Below are positions 45,756 through 64,000 of a DNA stretch of 64,000 nt, one piece after another. The notes beneath the pieces are model-generated. The model saw only the letters and a program-made list of their open reading frames with translations. It did no database searches and had not been told where the DNA came from. Position 1 is the stretch's first letter. Every line of letters starts with the position of its first letter. Origin of the DNA: Amoebidium appalachense. Lineage: Eukaryota; Protista; Ichthyosporea. The stretch is taken from NCBI GenBank assembly GCA_963693365.1, contig CAVNZM010000016.1, positions 4,645,149 to 4,709,148 on the forward strand. Direction: 5' to 3'. The position numbers and the translations under genes are program-made.

Positions 45756-46948
45756 CGCAGAGGAAAGGAAGTAGCTTCGAGGGGGGCCCAGGCCGTTTTT
45801 TTTTTTTTTTTTTTTTTTTGGGGGGGGGGGGGGGGGGGGATGGATCCAGAGGGAGGGGGAGGGGGAGGGGTGGCGGCTGCTTGGACACTCGTCATCAGTC
45901 GACTCGTAAACTTTCCCCTGATAACTGTTACGTCATTCTCGTAGTGTTACCAAGTCCATCAGGTGCAAGCGGGGCCCCCGTCAGCTGTGAAAAACCGATT
46001 AAGTGAATCCGGTGACAAGACAGTCACTTTCAATGGGGGCTGGCATGCGCAATAATATCCCCTTTATTGGCCGAGTCAAACAGTGTAAAAGCGGTAAAAA
46101 ACCGTTGCAGCAGCATGTATGTACATCAGATTCTGTCAGGCGACTCTTTAGACTGTTAAATTTGAAGCTAATAAATTGAATATGATGAGATTGCCTGAGG
46201 GCCTGACCCTACCGTGCTAACCCGAACCTCAAGATATGAGATATTATAGTAGTGAAATCCAGTCTGAGACTCAAGGTTTTCATAGAGGCATTCAAACAAC
46301 CATTTCAAAAAAAAAAAAAGAAAAGAAAAGAAAAAGAAAGAAGAAGAGGAAACAAAACAAGCTGTTACAAAGGAAGGATCATGAAAGGAATGAATATTGC
46401 ATGTGGCATACATACATACAGGCCCCGCCCGCAGTGAAAAGAGGTACACAGTAAGTTACTAACATAACATACAATCGATTTCTTGTTGATGTGTGCGTGT
46501 GCGTATGTTAAGTGTGTGTGTGTGTTTGTGTTTGTGTGTGTGTGTGTGGGTGCGTGTATGTATATCGTAGAAACATACCCACAGTGACTGATCTTCCAAT
46601 CGATAGTCTACTTCGTCAATAGTTTGGTTTTTCCATAAAAACAATCTTTGCGCTATTCATGACAGGCCTACCGATATCGAATATTTAATTCTTGCCAATA
46701 AATCATAAGCAAACCGAATTCGACCTGAAAAACACGGTGCCCGGATTTAGACAACCAATCCCCATACAACTATAAGCAGCCTATAGATAGTCGCCCAATG
46801 GTTGCACTTAAAGTCGCTCACTAGACTAAGTAAAACGCCTAACTAAGTTCATAACCAGTAACGAGTCACCATGTACCACCAACCCCTCCCCCCCCCCCCC
46901 CCCCCCCCCAAAGACCTCTACATCAATTGGAATTTCAACACTGGGGGG

Positions 46949-63811
<16,863 letters not shown>

Positions 63812-63958
63812 CTGTGGGTGCAGAGAGTGTGAGTGTTAAGGTTAATTCTACCAGGTGTATGGAAAGGTATGGCTATAACTTGTAAAAACATCCCCTGGTG
63901 TCCTGATTGTTGGTGTCATGTTATTTCAACGAAGACAACAAGGATAATAACAGCTTGC

Positions 63959-63991
<33 letters not shown>

Positions 63992-64000
63992 CCGTGTGTG

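Overview
Eukaryotic nuclear DNA. Tiny exons sit in introns packed with (CA)n/(GA)n microsatellites and poly-G/C tracts; the 28S sequence looks opisthokont/holozoan-like, but the taxon cannot be established. Almost all ORF-track entries are microsatellite artefacts. Two spliced host genes can be rebuilt by hand: the 3' part of a PP2C/PPM phosphatase (+, 420-5832) and the 3' part of a soluble adenylyl cyclase ADCY10-like STAND/TPR protein (-, 46949 to beyond 63811, 22 exons). Between them lie an intronless 912-aa orphan ORF and a roughly 25-kb mobile-element cluster. The cluster holds: (i) a 3' 28S rRNA pseudogene with a fold-back 5' junction, interrupted by a PIF/Harbinger-type element, a solo LTR and a tRNA-derived SINE; (ii) an 8.5-kb TGTTG...CAACA long-TIR element carrying a nested TIR element, a 2.5-kb palindromic 43-bp higher-order array and a USP-like cysteine protease ORF with one in-frame TAG; (iii) a 1.3-kb TIR element with seven conserved hairpin repeats, shuffled spacers and an approximately 60-bp flanking duplication. 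Introns also hold partial 'echo' copies of exon ends with mostly synonymous differences. All family assignments are by eye; no searches were run.
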